From the NCBI GenBank assembly GCA_965279035.1, contig CBDIHM010000003.1, forward strand, positions 64,001 to 128,000: 64,000 nt of DNA. Direction: 5' to 3'. Every line of letters begins with the position of its first letter. Position 1 is the stretch's first letter. The notes beneath the pieces were generated by a model. It did no database searches, was not told the origin of the DNA, and was given only the letters and a program-made list of their open reading frames with translations. The position numbers were made by a program, and so were the translations under genes. This document shows positions 1 through 13,200 of this stretch, one piece after another. This DNA is from Bacteroidia bacterium (GTDB lineage: Bacteria; Bacteroidota; Bacteroidia; M30B66).

Positions 1-113
1 TTTTATTTTCATCTTGAAAGGGGTTTCAGGTTTCCCTAAACGTGAACCCTTAAATAAAATAAAATAAAAGTGAAACCTCTAAAAACCCTAGACTCTATCT
101 GATGTGACTGCAG

Positions 114-3100
114 AGCGGTGGGCAAAACCGGACCCGGCCAACCCGGATCAGACGCTTGCGGAGTCGCTGTACCGGCAGTTTGCGTTCCACAAGGGATCGG
201 TATGGATCTGGGCGGGCGTGGGCGTCGTGCTGGGCTGGATCGTGCTTCTCAACATCGCAACCACCCTCGCCCTCATGCTGCTGGACGGTGAGTCATCTTT
301 CTCTGATGGAGTAACTCTATTTTGCATGTGTGTGGGCAGGTATGTGTTTGGTCTGTGGTAACCTGAAAACCCTAGATAAACATTAAATTTCGCAGCCATA
401 GACGATGACAGTCCACTCATGCAGCCTTGACTGGCAGTGGGCGCCTGTAAGAGCGTGGTTCTAAGAGCGATCTAAGGACGCCGCAGCTATGTTTTTGGGT
501 GTGGTAACACACTCACAGATATTTAGTTAGGCAAGTACAATTATCCAAGGTTGCACTCACAGTGTTCCAAGCATGCAATGACACTTAGGCTTTGCTGGCG
601 GAGCCCGGACAGCCTGTGCTTCAAGGTTTAGCATCTCTTTTGAGATGTGACCCAACTGTCCATTTGTCTCAGAGCACATCTGGGCATACATGTTGTTCAG
701 TAATTTAGGGTGTAGGCCGTTCTACAGTAAATACCCACAGTGTAGAATTAAGCAATCGTGTACCAACCGAGTGACAAAGCTTATTTGCTCTGTCAGCCCC
801 GGACAAGAAGCCGGCTTCGATGCCTGAGGAGCTGCTGCACGAGCGTGAATTCACGCGCACCGGCAAGCGCCCGGCGCCATCGAAACATGCCGCTCCGGCC
901 GCGGCCGCCGGCAACGGGCACAGCAGGGTTGCGCCTGCCGCGGCCAATGGATCTGATATTGAGATGGGCGTTCTACCCGAGGCAGCCGCTCTGCAGAGCA
1001 AGGTGCGCCATCGAAAATTTAAACTGGTGCAATCCCGCTGTATGTATGACGCTATCGTGACAGGAGGTTTGCAGACAGTTAGCTGGAAGCTGTGTTCCTA
1101 GCGTGCAAGCGACATCTCCTGATAAAGCGCAGTGCAAGACAAAACCACCTATAAGATAGCCGTGGCTTTGCTAGTCGAGGTTGGGCCGGCAGACACCTTC
1201 AGTTTGATGTTGGCTGACCCGCGCAGAGTCTACATTACCAGCAATACATTGACTGCGATATTCATTAAGACAGGAAAAGCGTGTGATACTGGTAAATAGA
1301 ATATTCTTAGTTAGGGTTTTGGTGTATTTAGGGTTGAATTACGAACCCTGAGTCATCGGGGGGAAAGTCAAAACATCTGTGTGTATGTGTGCAGGGGTCA
1401 GCACACGGTGCAGATGAGGTGGAGGCGTTGGCATCACGGCGGCGAACGGGCGTGGTGGCGAGCAGCAAGGGCATGGTGCTGCCCTTCCGCCCTCTCAGCC
1501 TGGCCTTCAGCCACGTCTACTACTCGGTCGACCTGCCACCCGTGCGCACCCTCATCTCGTATCTCTTGTGTGGTCTTGTTCTGAACTTTTGAGGCCAGAT
1601 ATATCTGCTATATCATGTAGGGTGTTTTGTTGTGCCAATTCTGAGCTTAAAATGGAAGGACTTCTCATAAATCCCAGTGAGCCTCACGTGTGCTAGCCTC
1701 ACATCCCAGCAAACAAACTCTTTGACAGGATATAAAGATAATCTCTTAATATGGCCTTGATTGTCTGACACAAATGTTTGGTTCGTCGTGCCATATGTGT
1801 CTGCCGGTTAGGATGCAGGCAAGGGCCTGAAGCAACACACTATCATGCTGATGTAGTAGACAAAGTGTATAGAATGTATCCAGACCTATTTAGATCATTA
1901 GATTACTGTTTATTTGAATTTTTATTTTTTATTCTATGAAATAGAGTTTAGGGTAACTGCATACCCTAAGAACTTAAAAACCCAAACCATGTGATTATGC
2001 GCAGGGCCACCCGGGCGCAGGCGAGACGGTGGAGGGCGTTTCTAAGCCGCAGCTGACGCTGCTGACGGACATCAGCGGCGCGTTCCGGCCGGGCGTGCTC
2101 ACCTGCCTCATGGGCGTGTCGGGGGCCGGCAAGACCACGCTCCTCGACCTGCTCGCCGGCCGCAAGACCGGTGCGCGCGCAGATTGCGTTGTGCTGCGAT
2201 GCATGTTCGACACGGTTCAGCAGCCCTGTGTTGAAAAGGCCATTGTTGCTGCAAGAGGGTGCTCGCCAGCCGCAAGACCGGTATCCGCTGCACCTGCCGT
2301 TGTGCTGCAGTGTGCATGCAAGATTTAACAGCCCTGACTAGCAGTTGGTCATGTTGCTGCAAAGGGTGCTTCCCAGAAACGGAAAGCAACCTTAGGGCGC
2401 TGCCGTGCGTTTAAATGTGGTGATGTGCTCACAAAATTCAGGCGGGGCAACGGCAAGCTTCATGATGGGATTCATTTGTTTCTTTCCGCAAAAGCAATAA
2501 CCCAACCACTTGAGAATACAGAGATCTTGGACCTCGAGTGAGTGTTGAGCTCGACATGGACAGCATGGTGCATTGAAAAAACAAAGAAAGCTGTCCATTT
2601 GACCCACAGGCGGCTTGGTGCGCGGCGCCATAACGGTAGACGGCCACCCCAAGGAGCAGGCCGCCTTCGCGCGAATCTCCGGCTACGTCGAACAGGTGCA
2701 AGGCACTCTGCTTCGCAACATTCCAATATTATTATTATTATTATCATTATTATTGTTATTGTTATCGTTATCATTAATACATTTACATAAAATAAAGCAT
2801 GCACTATGCTTCTATCAGAGAAAGTGTGCCTCTCCACTTAAAAGCACAGAACGAGTCGGCCCCTCCTCTGATGCATGCCCACTGCTAAAACGTAAAGCGA
2901 GGAAGCCGATGCCCTGCCCGCAAAAGTGAACAAGATTGAGTGCTCAGAATGTCCCGCTCTGATGTCGCACGCAGTTTGACATCCACTCGCCGGCAACAAC
3001 TGTGCGGGAGGCGCTGGCATTCAGCGCAGAGCTGCGACTGGCGGACGTCCAGCCAGCGCAGCTGCACAGCTTCGTCGACGAGGTATGATGAATGCTTTTT

Positions 3101-6100
3101 ATTACTGCTCACCAGACCTGTCACCTTGCTCGCGTGCTTCCACATTCGCGCCCAGTCAACAGCAGCTCCGAAGCGGATTTGAACCAACGACCTAACGGTA
3201 ACAGCCGTCCGCTCTACTACTGAGCTTTTAGAGATCCCTTTTCGAGGAGAATTGCACTAGGTTGAAGAATAATTTTTGTTTTTTAATGATACTTTTAGTC
3301 GGAGCCTTTCATTTTTCCCGCGTTACAAAGGTCGAGAGCAGTGAAACATTTTCTTAACTCATTAATCTGAGTCGAGCTCGAGCAACCGACTAAAATTACT
3401 AATTTAACATTTCACCCCTCCTCCCCCTCTGACCTTGCAGAGTTGCTTGTATCGTCAGCAAACAAATCAATGCTTTCTCAAGGGGAATCATGCATGTGTG
3501 CAGGTGATGGAGCTGATGGAGCTGGGCCCGCTGCGCAACGCGTTGGTGGGCGTGCCCGGCCGCAGCGGCCTCTCCGTCGAGCAGCGCAAGCGACTCACCA
3601 TTGGCGTAGAGCTGGTTGCCAACCCCTCTATCGTCTTCCTGGACGAACCCACCTCGGGTGCGCATGCTCACAGGGAAGATTTCGGGGAAGCCATAAACGA
3701 GCTTTCAGGCTGAGACCTTTCGGGAGACACCTGAGCAATATTGGTCTTGGCTTGAGGTCGCAAATTTGTAATGCGGGACTGGAGATTCTGCAGATAGATA
3801 CTGGATATGGCCATTGATTGCGCACATCAATTTTGACAGAGATTGCAAGTTTTGTGGGGCTGTAATGGCACCTCTGGTGCGCAGCCGCTCAGGGGAAAGC
3901 TGTCCACACTTGGATTGAGGCTCATTTAGAGACTGTACAAAGGTTGCAAGTTCTGTGGGGCTGGACTGGAGATGCTTCTACTAGAGCAATTATAATACAG
4001 CTCGCAGCACAATAAGCATGATTGGGATGGATGCACCAAGTTTTATGGCGCTCCAAAAGGCCTGCATTCTCAACGCTCACTGAGAGTGTTAAAATTATCG
4101 GTTGAGAAGCGTGTCCGCGTGAATTGTGTCTGCGTGAATTGTGTCCGCGTACATAGCCCACAGGGATCTTAATCAATAACGTCTCATTACTAAACACCTG
4201 TTGCACTGTGTCAGGGCTGGACGCGCGTGCGGCTGCGATAGTGATGCGCACGATCCGGAACACTGTCGACACCGGCCGAACCGTGGTCTGCACCATCCAC
4301 CAACCATCCATAGACATCTTCGAGGTGGGGCCTGCACTGACTTATATCTGCCCTATTATAGTGTAAAATAGTTTAATAAAATGTATTAAACAATGTAGGG
4401 TCACACAATATAAAGATATGTGTAACCCTCAAAATAGTGTTACCCAAAATCAAAAATATAGAGAAAAAGAATTATATACTCTAAATCTTAAATTCTAAAA
4501 GCAATGCCTGTCTGCCACAATGGACACATCTTTCCTAAATCTAAATTAACGGTTTGAAGCCCTTATATGACAATTTGCCTCATGTCACGCTAGCAAGGAT
4601 GGTGAAGACATAGATCTTCAAGCTTGAAAATCAGCACTACTTGACGTAAATTAGGCTTCCCTGGCTGGCAAAAATTAGCATAGCTTTCTAACTTGCTGCT
4701 ACCAAACATCTTTCCAGCAATGTGGACTCCAAAACTACAGAACCCACAGTACATTGTCCTTTTAGTAATTTCTGCTGACATAGTCCTTGTCTCCACCCCT
4801 CAGGCGTTTGATGAGCTGCTGCTGCTGAAGCGCGGAGGGCGAGTCATTTACGGCGGACCCACGGGCGACTGCTCGCGGCTTCTGGTCAGCTACTTCCAGG
4901 CCGTGCCGGGAGTGCCGCCCGTGTCAGCAGGGGTCAACCCAGCCACCTGGATGCTCGAGGTGCGTTGGTGCTGCATTCAAGGGAGATTTTGTGGGGTTGG
5001 TCTTTACTCGATGAGATTATTCTACCCTAGTGAGATGTTACAATGGTGTCATCTCTCTGAGCTGGGCATCTTGGCACGGTGGGGCACTCAGATTTACACC
5101 ACTGCAGTAGTACTTGTAAGTACTTGCAAGGCGCGCCCCAGTGCTGTGTGGATGTAGCGCCTCAAGAGGGAATGAGAAGAAGCTAAAGCAAAATGATTGT
5201 GGATGTATTTGCTTTGTTCTGTGACTTTGGGCTTGCTAATATAGCCTCTGGCTTCTCTTGGGCACTGGCTCTTCTCTCACTGTGCCTGGTGGGTAAATTG
5301 TGAACAAGGTGATTTTATTTTAGCTGGGCATTTGTTGTAGATAGCAGGTTTTACAGCAGCTTTGGTAATGCACAAAGGGGGAAGTCGGGCATAAGAGTAG
5401 TAGTTTTATAATAACCCTCTGTAACACATTTGTGCATGTGCCGGCAGGTGACGTCGCTGGGGTCTGAGCAGAAGCTGGGCGTGGATTTTTCTGAGCTGTA
5501 CACTCACTCCGATCTGGCCAGGTGCTCTTTCTGATGCCCAACCTGGCGCTGCATCCTGCGCTGGTGACAGGACCATATGCAGATAATTCTTAATTTACTG
5601 GTGTGATAAGTTTCGAGGCTGTGTTGTGAGCTGGCCAGGTACATTTCAAGGAAGCCAAACCCGGCCCTGCAATTGAAGTGGTTGCAGGGCTTCATGCTGA
5701 CCTCAAAAAAAATCAACAAAAATATAAGAAGCTTTCTAATTGTTCAAAAAATGGTTAAAGAATTACACCCTGGCTGGTTGCAATGGTGCATTCTTAGACA
5801 TACAACCATCTTATTTCTGGCTTCATCACAATTTCACGTCGTACTGGCAGCCGACCACCTTGATGCTGTGCTGAAGCTGGGGCATGATTCGTTTGGCAGG
5901 AGCACACAGGAGATGGTGGCGCGTCTGCAAGTGCCAGACCCCAACTCGCAGCCCCTGCACTTCGACAAGCAATTCTCGCGCAGCCTTCTTTCCCAGGTGA
6001 GCAAGATGACATTTTTTTATGGCTCCTTGGAAAAACAGCACAAAACCAATTGTCTGCAGACCACGCAATAGACCTTCATTGCATGCTTTTTTTGGCTGCC

Positions 6101-9100
6101 TGGAAAGGCGGCACCATGACCATGCAAGAGACCACCGGTCACCATGCTGCCTTTGCCCTAAGTGATTGGTTAAGATATCTCTGGCCCCTTATTTCTTTCA
6201 TTTGCCTGCAGTTCCGCCTCCTCCTCTTGAAGAACTTCACTGTCTACTGGCGCACACCCGAGTACAACGCCGTCAGGTGCGAGCATGTGCACATCCCATC
6301 CTCGCCTGCATGATTCCCTGTTTTGGGTTGTGTTGGTGTCAAAGACTCATGCCAGTTGGTAGTGGTAAGTGTCTTTATTTCTCTTTGTGGCAACCCTGAC
6401 AGTTCTGTCTGGGTTCAACAGGATGTTGTCAACCACGCTGCTGGGCCTCCTGTTCGGCTCCATTTATTGGCACATTGGCGGTCGAAGGTGCGCTCGCTCT
6501 TGGAAGGGTCCATGAGTGATTACTTGCTTCGGCAGCCTTCTGAATGTCGCTGAGAGTTGAATCCAATTTGATGAGAATATATCTAGCCAATATAGCCTTT
6601 GCTTCTGTAGCATGATCAAACATTTCAATTTCTTTGGCATGGTTTTCCAGCATTTTTTTGATATTGCCTCCTTTCACGGCAGGATCCAAAACAGTTGCTT
6701 ATCTTCCTCTTGAGCAGTGTCTTGAATGGATATTAGTAGTTTTGCCACATCCTTGTCACAGGAAATGTTCTCATACTCTGCCTCTTCTTGTGCGCGCAGG
6801 GACAACGCGCAGACCATCCAGAACATTATCGGCGCACTTGTTGTCTCCGCAATGTTCATCGGCACCTCCAACGCGTCCACTGTGCAGCCGGTTGTGGACA
6901 CTGAACGCACCGTCTTCTACAGGTCTGCAGCGAGCAAAATGAGCTCTATCACTGAGTGATTCATCTGGAAAATGATTTTATGTTAATTCTTGATTCTCAT
7001 GTCTTCCTCAGGTGCAAAGTGGTAATTTTTGCCTGGTGTGTCTAAGATCTTTCACTGCTTAAAGATCTTTCACTGCTTGAAGATTAAGCGCCGCATGAAT
7101 GGGTTACTAGCTGCCTAGTAGGCCTCTCTTCGCTTCTTGCTTTTTCTATCAGGTACTCATTTGTTTGTTTGAGTCAAGCTGAAATAGAAGGACCCTAGTG
7201 GATCACATGTCTCAGAGGGTGTGAAAAGGCATTTGTGGGTTTCGCAGGGAGCGTGCAGCCGGGTACTACTCGGAGTACCCATTCGCGGCCGCGCAAGCCA
7301 TCGTGGAGCTGCCATACCTGCTCGTCCAGTCCATCCTCTTCTCGTGCGCACCCACTCTCCACATTTCTTTGCTGGCAGAATTGCTGTGCATTTTCGGCCT
7401 GATTTTGTTTTCCCTTTATCTGCAGCTTGTCTGGAGACGCACGTTGCCTCTGGCAGGGAATAGCGTGTGGTAAATTTAGTATTAAAACACATTTTAGATT
7501 CTTTTGGGAGCCACCTGAGGGTCATTGGTCTTGTAGGCAGTCTGTCGCTACCCATCCTCATATGAAAAATTTGTTTATATTTCTCATGTGTCTGCATCCT
7601 GTCCAAAATTTGTGCAATCCTAATACCGTATTACTGACTGTTCTGGCCCAAAAATGCCTGCAAACAAGGTGGTGCAGTACCAAATAGCTCAGAGTACTGA
7701 TGATGATAATAAACTGTTGCCTGGAGTTTTAGCAAGAAATATGTGCATGGTTTCCTTCTCATGTGATGCTGTCCCGGAATGTCTTGTCAGAACATGCCCA
7801 GTGCCCGTTGTGACACGCGTGAAGCAATTTCCTTGTGGGGGATTTGATGCCCAGTCCACTTGAACGGCCAAGGTCTTGGGAGTGAATGCCAAATGTGACT
7901 GTGACCAAAGTGCTGCTGTGCTTACAGGGTGACGACATACTTCATGGTGTACTTTGAGATCAACGCAGGTGGGACCCGCTGTCACTCGAACCTTCTCTCA
8001 AAATCAAATATTGAAGCTGCTGTTATTTCTCTGCACAGACCGCCCAATGTCCGGAACCCTTCAATTGGGAATCCCAGCAACAAGGGTTCTCGCACACAGA
8101 CAACATGCAGACTGAACTTGATCTTCGCCTGCCCACTTTTGCGCAGGCAAATTCTTCTGGTACGTGCTGTTCATCTTCCTCACGCTAGCGTTCTTCACCT
8201 TCTACGGCATGATGACCGTCTCCCTGGTGCCCAACATTCAGGCGAGCCCTTTTTCTATGCTAATCTCCCCGGCTTGTCTGCAGCGCACCTTATCCTGCAC
8301 GTTATACTCGCAACATAGTTTACAGGAAGAGGTGATTGGTTTAGGATGCACCGCTTGCAACCCAGTTGACTTCACATGGTTCCTTGAAAGGATATGCTGA
8401 GGCAGCCAGCAATGCAGCCTTCCCCAATCACCCGGTCAATCTGTTAACTGCTGAGGATTCAGCGCATACTCTGACCAACAAGTGTCCTGCAACTTGCTAT
8501 TCTGGAAATCGAAGTGAAGCAGGTTGTGAGGAGGTTTCTGTTTATGTGTGTGCAGGTGGCATCCATAGTGTCATCCACGTTCTATGCAATGTTCTTCCTC
8601 TTCGCCGGCTTCATCGTGCCTCAATCTGTGAGCATTCTCTGCAGCCTGCTCTGCTTGCTATCCTACTTTGTTGTGGTATTGTTTGCTGCTCATCCTCGCT
8701 TGCTTCTGAAGCAAGCGAGTCCCTGAAGAGGGCTGGAAGTGTAGCAACTTCCGCGTGGATTCTTTTGCAGACCTGCTCTGTGCAAGAAGTATGTCAAGGC
8801 TGGCACCAGTGCTAATTCTACTGTGTGTCTTTCTTGCAGCAAATGCCGCCATGGTGGTCATGGTAAGTGACCTCTGATTCTGGAATTGACCCGCATGCGT
8901 CTTGCTTCCTTGAAACGTCGCGTATGTTGAAGCAACTTTTGTGAGCGAGTGTTGGAGATGTGAAAAGTTCTATTCTGAGCTGCGTTGCAAGACCACTCAT
9001 CTTATGATTCAGAGTCACCGAAGAACTTCTTGTCAAAGGCATAGAATGGGTGGTGTTTGCGCAGGTACTCATACTTGAACCCGCTGTCATACAGCATTCA

Positions 9101-9311
9101 AGGACTGCTGGGCAGCCAACTGGGGGATGTGACCGACGAGTACATTGTTTATAACGGTGAACGACAGAGCGTTGCGCAATACTTGAAGACTGCATACAAC
9201 ATCGACCGGTCCTTCATAGGCTGGGACGTGTTGATCCTAGTGGGCTTCACTGCTATATTTGCTGTCATCACGATGGGCTCATTGCGCCTCTTCAATTTCC
9301 AAAAGCGCTGA
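114..9311 (+). CDS. Full-size ABCG/PDR (pleiotropic drug resistance) transporter, 3' part (end of TMD1, NBD2, TMD2); 5' end lies outside the window
   Basis: Approximate exons: 114-287, 797-1002, 1395-1541, 2005-2170, 2610-2695, 2975-3082, 3504-3657, 4215-4324, 4804-4959, 5448-5521, 5900-5996, 6212-6276, 6422-6488, 6800-6922, 7247-7343, 7928-7968, 8146-8241, 8556-8627, 8840-8862, 9065-9311. PDR motifs: [14 protein letters not shown], Walker [105 protein letters not shown], and C-terminus FNFQKR*. Confidence 0.96.
2725..2776. repeat. Imperfect (ATT)n/(TTA)n microsatellite in a PDR intron
   Basis: Sequence aatattattattattattatcattattattgttattgttatcgttatcatta. Confidence 0.85.
4111..4150. repeat. 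15-bp tandem repeat, about 2.7 copies, intronic
   Basis: gtgtccgcgtgaatt gtgtctgcgtgaatt gtgtccgcgt. Confidence 0.85.
7044..7084. repeat. 18-bp tandem duplication, intronic
   Basis: aagatctttcactgctta aagatctttcactgcttg aagat. Confidence 0.85.
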
Positions 9312-10233
9312 GAGAATCAAAGGCATGGTGAACAGTTGAACCTGGTATGATAGTCGCACTCACTTGCTGAATGCATAGATTTGTGGTGTGCGCGACAACG
9401 CTCAGCTCTTCGAGGCTTAAATTGGTTGCGCCTATATTTTATTTTAATTCGGTTCGCACAGTTAAATTTTACCTGAGTATTAGTACCGTGTTGATATATA
9501 TCATCAAATGTGGTGACGATTAAAACGTGATGATTAAAATGGTGAACAGTACTCAGTACCGTTGGGCACATGACGCCAGTGCGACCATAGGTATTGTCGC
9601 TCGGACCAGCAGAACGTCTCATTGTGTGCTTTAAAAAAACTTTCAGCTGTACTAAATTCCTTTAGCAGTTATCCAACTTGACGTGATCTTCAGAAAGCAT
9701 CCACGAACACGAAGGTCTCGACAAATTTCCGTCACAGTGTCTTGACCGACCAAGGTCGTTCGAAGAGGCCACAGGCAGACATGTTCCAAGGTAAGCGCAT
9801 TATGAGGCCCGCAACGATGATAGGAGTCACCGTGGTGGGTTTGCTCCTCCTTTTTGCAATCCAATCCTTTAAGACGAGTCCAAGAATGATACCGGCCACG
9901 CTGGCCAGTGACAGATCAATTTTGCGCCAGTAAAACATCATGTTGAACAGTCAAGGCCTGCGCTTTTCTGCCAAAACAGTTTTCTTGAATGCAAAAATAT
10001 GATCTGCTTATTTTCTAGCTTGGCTGTTAATAGAATATCGTGCCGGTTACGGAACACCGTTTGCCCCACTCGAACCGACAGCTCTTCCGACACGACTGTT
10101 TTTGGCCCGCCCCTTTGGTCAAGTCCCTGACTTGCTTTGTCATTTTAATTTTCCAATGTGATTCCGCATTGTCCAAAATCCGGTAGGTTGGTTCCAATAC
10201 TCGCTTAGGATGGGAAACCTCCCGTCTTGCCCC

Positions 10234-10270
10234 GAAAGTGCAAGACGGTCCGGAACCGTCTTGCACTTTC
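10234..10270. repeat. Perfect inverted repeat with 16-bp arms (hairpin/cruciform)
   Basis: gaaagtgcaagacggt-ccgga-accgtcttgcactttc. Confidence 0.9.
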
Positions 10271-13200
10271 CCGTTTCTCAGACCTTCCATCGTTTCACTG
10301 AAGTTCTCGGCAAGAGCTTCACCGTTAGAGCCTCTAGAGCAACCACTGGCAGATCCCGACCGTGGCTCTGTGACAGAGCGTTAACAAGAGATCAGTAATT
10401 TCTCATTAATGTGTGCCTCCAGACAACCAAAATCTTCGTGGGAATGGAGAGCCTCCAGCGCCCCCAAATCGTCCAGACTATCCAATGCTGCCAAAGCCTT
10501 CAGAGCTTTTAGGTTGTATGTCTCGACCCCTGTAAGCCTTTGGATGTTCCAATGATTGATTTCAAGCAAAATTTTGATCAACACCTTCACTTTAAGGGCT
10601 CAAGCTTGGCTTGCCTCAGCATCCAAACCTAATAATATTTTCGCGTTGTGAGGTGTTACTATGAGCCCCTAAAATTTGTTGCAGAAAATTAAAAGAATGT
10701 AGACCGTTCACACTCATTGGATGCCATCACAAGTGCCATATGGGTTGTGCAGTTAGTTGTGGGGTTTCTTAAACTGTAGTATAGTCTAGACGACCTAGAC
10801 TGATTTTGATGGTCTAAAGGATGACCTTGCTATTGAGCATGCATATGACTGGCCATGCCATGGTGGAAGAAAGGAGGGAAGGAACATTACACGTCAACTC
10901 CTGCCGCCCAGGGCTGCTTAAATGTGGTGCTGTCAACAGCATCCAAATGATCAGAACAATCAATGACAAACTTGAAGTGTGCAACACTGACGATGTCCAA
11001 CAGCCACATGAAGTGCTGAACAGGCTGTATGGTCTCAGCGGCTAGACCAAACAGGTCATAAAAAGGGGATACTAGCATAGTATGCGTAAATAGATTTACA
11101 CACATTTCCTGATTTCCTTGCAAATATTACACCCCCACTAGGGCACCGCCCCGGCAACGCCGCCTCTTCCCGCCGGATCAAACGATTTTAGACTCGGTAA
11201 GGACTCGGTAGACATGTGAGATTATGCGGTTCCCAGTGTTTCCTTCGTGGGTTATAAAAGCCAATGCGGTCCTATAGGACTTAGGCCTAAGCATTTACAG
11301 AAGGTTTGTTTGTGGCCATTGGTAGGATTTTGGATGTCTGCACAAAAGCCACAAATTGGCGTTGAATTAATAAAGCACAACAGTTCTGCAGAAGCCATAT
11401 TTCGCGCATTTTGAGCTACTATGTCCCCAAAACCACAAGTTCGAGCCAAGAATTGCCTCAAACCCCTATCTTCGGCCACTTTTGTGGCTTCAAGAACATA
11501 TTTTGAGACCGTCTCCAGATGTGACATCTCTAAAGCCACATTGGCTTTTAGCCATAATATTCCTTAAAAGAACAAGAACGAAACATGGCTTGCTTACGCA
11601 TTGTCCTGGCCAGGCGGGCAATTTTCTTGTATCCTCTCAGCTGAGAAAGCGCAGCTATTTACAAGTTTGCAGTAGCCAAGCACCGTGCTGTGACATCAGG
11701 CTGGCAATGACTGTGTTGTTGACATCGATCAGCAGGCATATATGTTTGCTGCTATATAGTTGCTGCTCTAAAATTGCACCCCTGAGACCTCTTTGCTCAG
11801 TTTTTCAGCTGAACTACGTCTGAAAAAGTGCCCATTGTGTCAATGCAATTCCCATCCCCATCCCAAGCACGCTGCACTTTCCGATGACACCGTGGAACAC
11901 GGGATTTTTTTCTGCCGGGAGAATGTCAACGTTGTAGAGTTATTCCCTGCCGGGGATCCCAATTCAACCAATCACAGCGCAGCAATCTGGTTGGTCCTCC
12001 GTATACAGCCATTTTTAAATACTGGCGTTGTCTACAATTTCAAAACATGGCTGCCATTGATAGCTGCACCTTTTTCAATGATCGTGGCGTACAATTCCTC
12101 TTTATCAATATATCCTAAGTGCCAACCCTTCGGTGAGCCATCAGGAGTCTCAATAGAGCAGTGATTCAGGAAAAATAAGGCCGTATTCTAGAAAAACCTA
12201 CGCACACATTCACAGAGAGCATTCAAGACGCATGTGTATACACTGAAAGTACAGATATACATTTTGAACGAATTTTTCTATTTTTCTATTGGGTTTTCTT
12301 GGGTCAATATCTCAACCAATCAACCAGGCTGTTAGTGCCTATTGGATCCCAATAGACACCAATTCCAAATATCCCTTACTGAAGATTTTTGTGCTCACTG
12401 GCAGTGAAATTATCAGAGAAAGGTTCGTGCAAATATGACAATGTTGATCACGCATATGCCAAATATATTATCCAAAAGTTGTGAAGGAAATCGAGGCAGA
12501 ACCGGTTTCTGGTTTCAACCTACAACGTACAATGTAGGGAATGTTGTATACTATATATATTTTAGTAAATGCGCACCTTCGATGATGTATGGGTAATTTT
12601 CCACTCTCTTTGTTCAGCATTTGCATGAAGATATTAATATCGCGTCTTTCCAGTTGCAAGGCCATCGAACCCCCTCTTCCCAAGCGCTCTAGCAGTTGTG
12701 GGGGCTCCAGCAAGCGGGACAGCAGCACGAGCAAGGCCTTACAACATGAAGGCTACCCTTAATGGGGTTCGATGCAGATCGCAACTCATTCTCTTTGAAA
12801 TCTTTTCTGATTCCCGCAGACCTTCAATTGTCTGCATATGTAAAAGTAGAAGATGAGCTTTGATTTAAAGAGACTGTATTCCGACCGATACCGTAGTACT
12901 ATACATTCAGCTGAACTCAGAGGACGAAATATGTGCAACGTACGAAAGTGTGAATGTATAACGTAAGCATTGAATACAAAACCACGGTTCAAATTTAGGG
13001 TCTAGGTTACGCGCTTTAAAAATGCGGCAGTGTTGAATACAAATTTGGACTCGTATGATATGCAAGGCAGACCTGGGCCCAAAAGTTTTTAATCCTCATG
13101 AGTGCTCTTCAGATTCCATTAGCATGTAATGAGGATGGGTTGCTAATGCTGCAGTCATTTAGACGCCCAATATGCAGTCAACAGTGCTCAGCCACTAGCA

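Noticed and set aside
2472-2929. Poly-Ile/Leu 'transmembrane' ORFs
   Set aside because: These are translations of the intronic (ATT)n microsatellite.
12700-12790. GGTTCGA resembling a tRNA T-loop (also at about 26182, 38261 and 43368)
   Set aside because: No cloverleaf, acceptor stem or A-box could be built around any of them.
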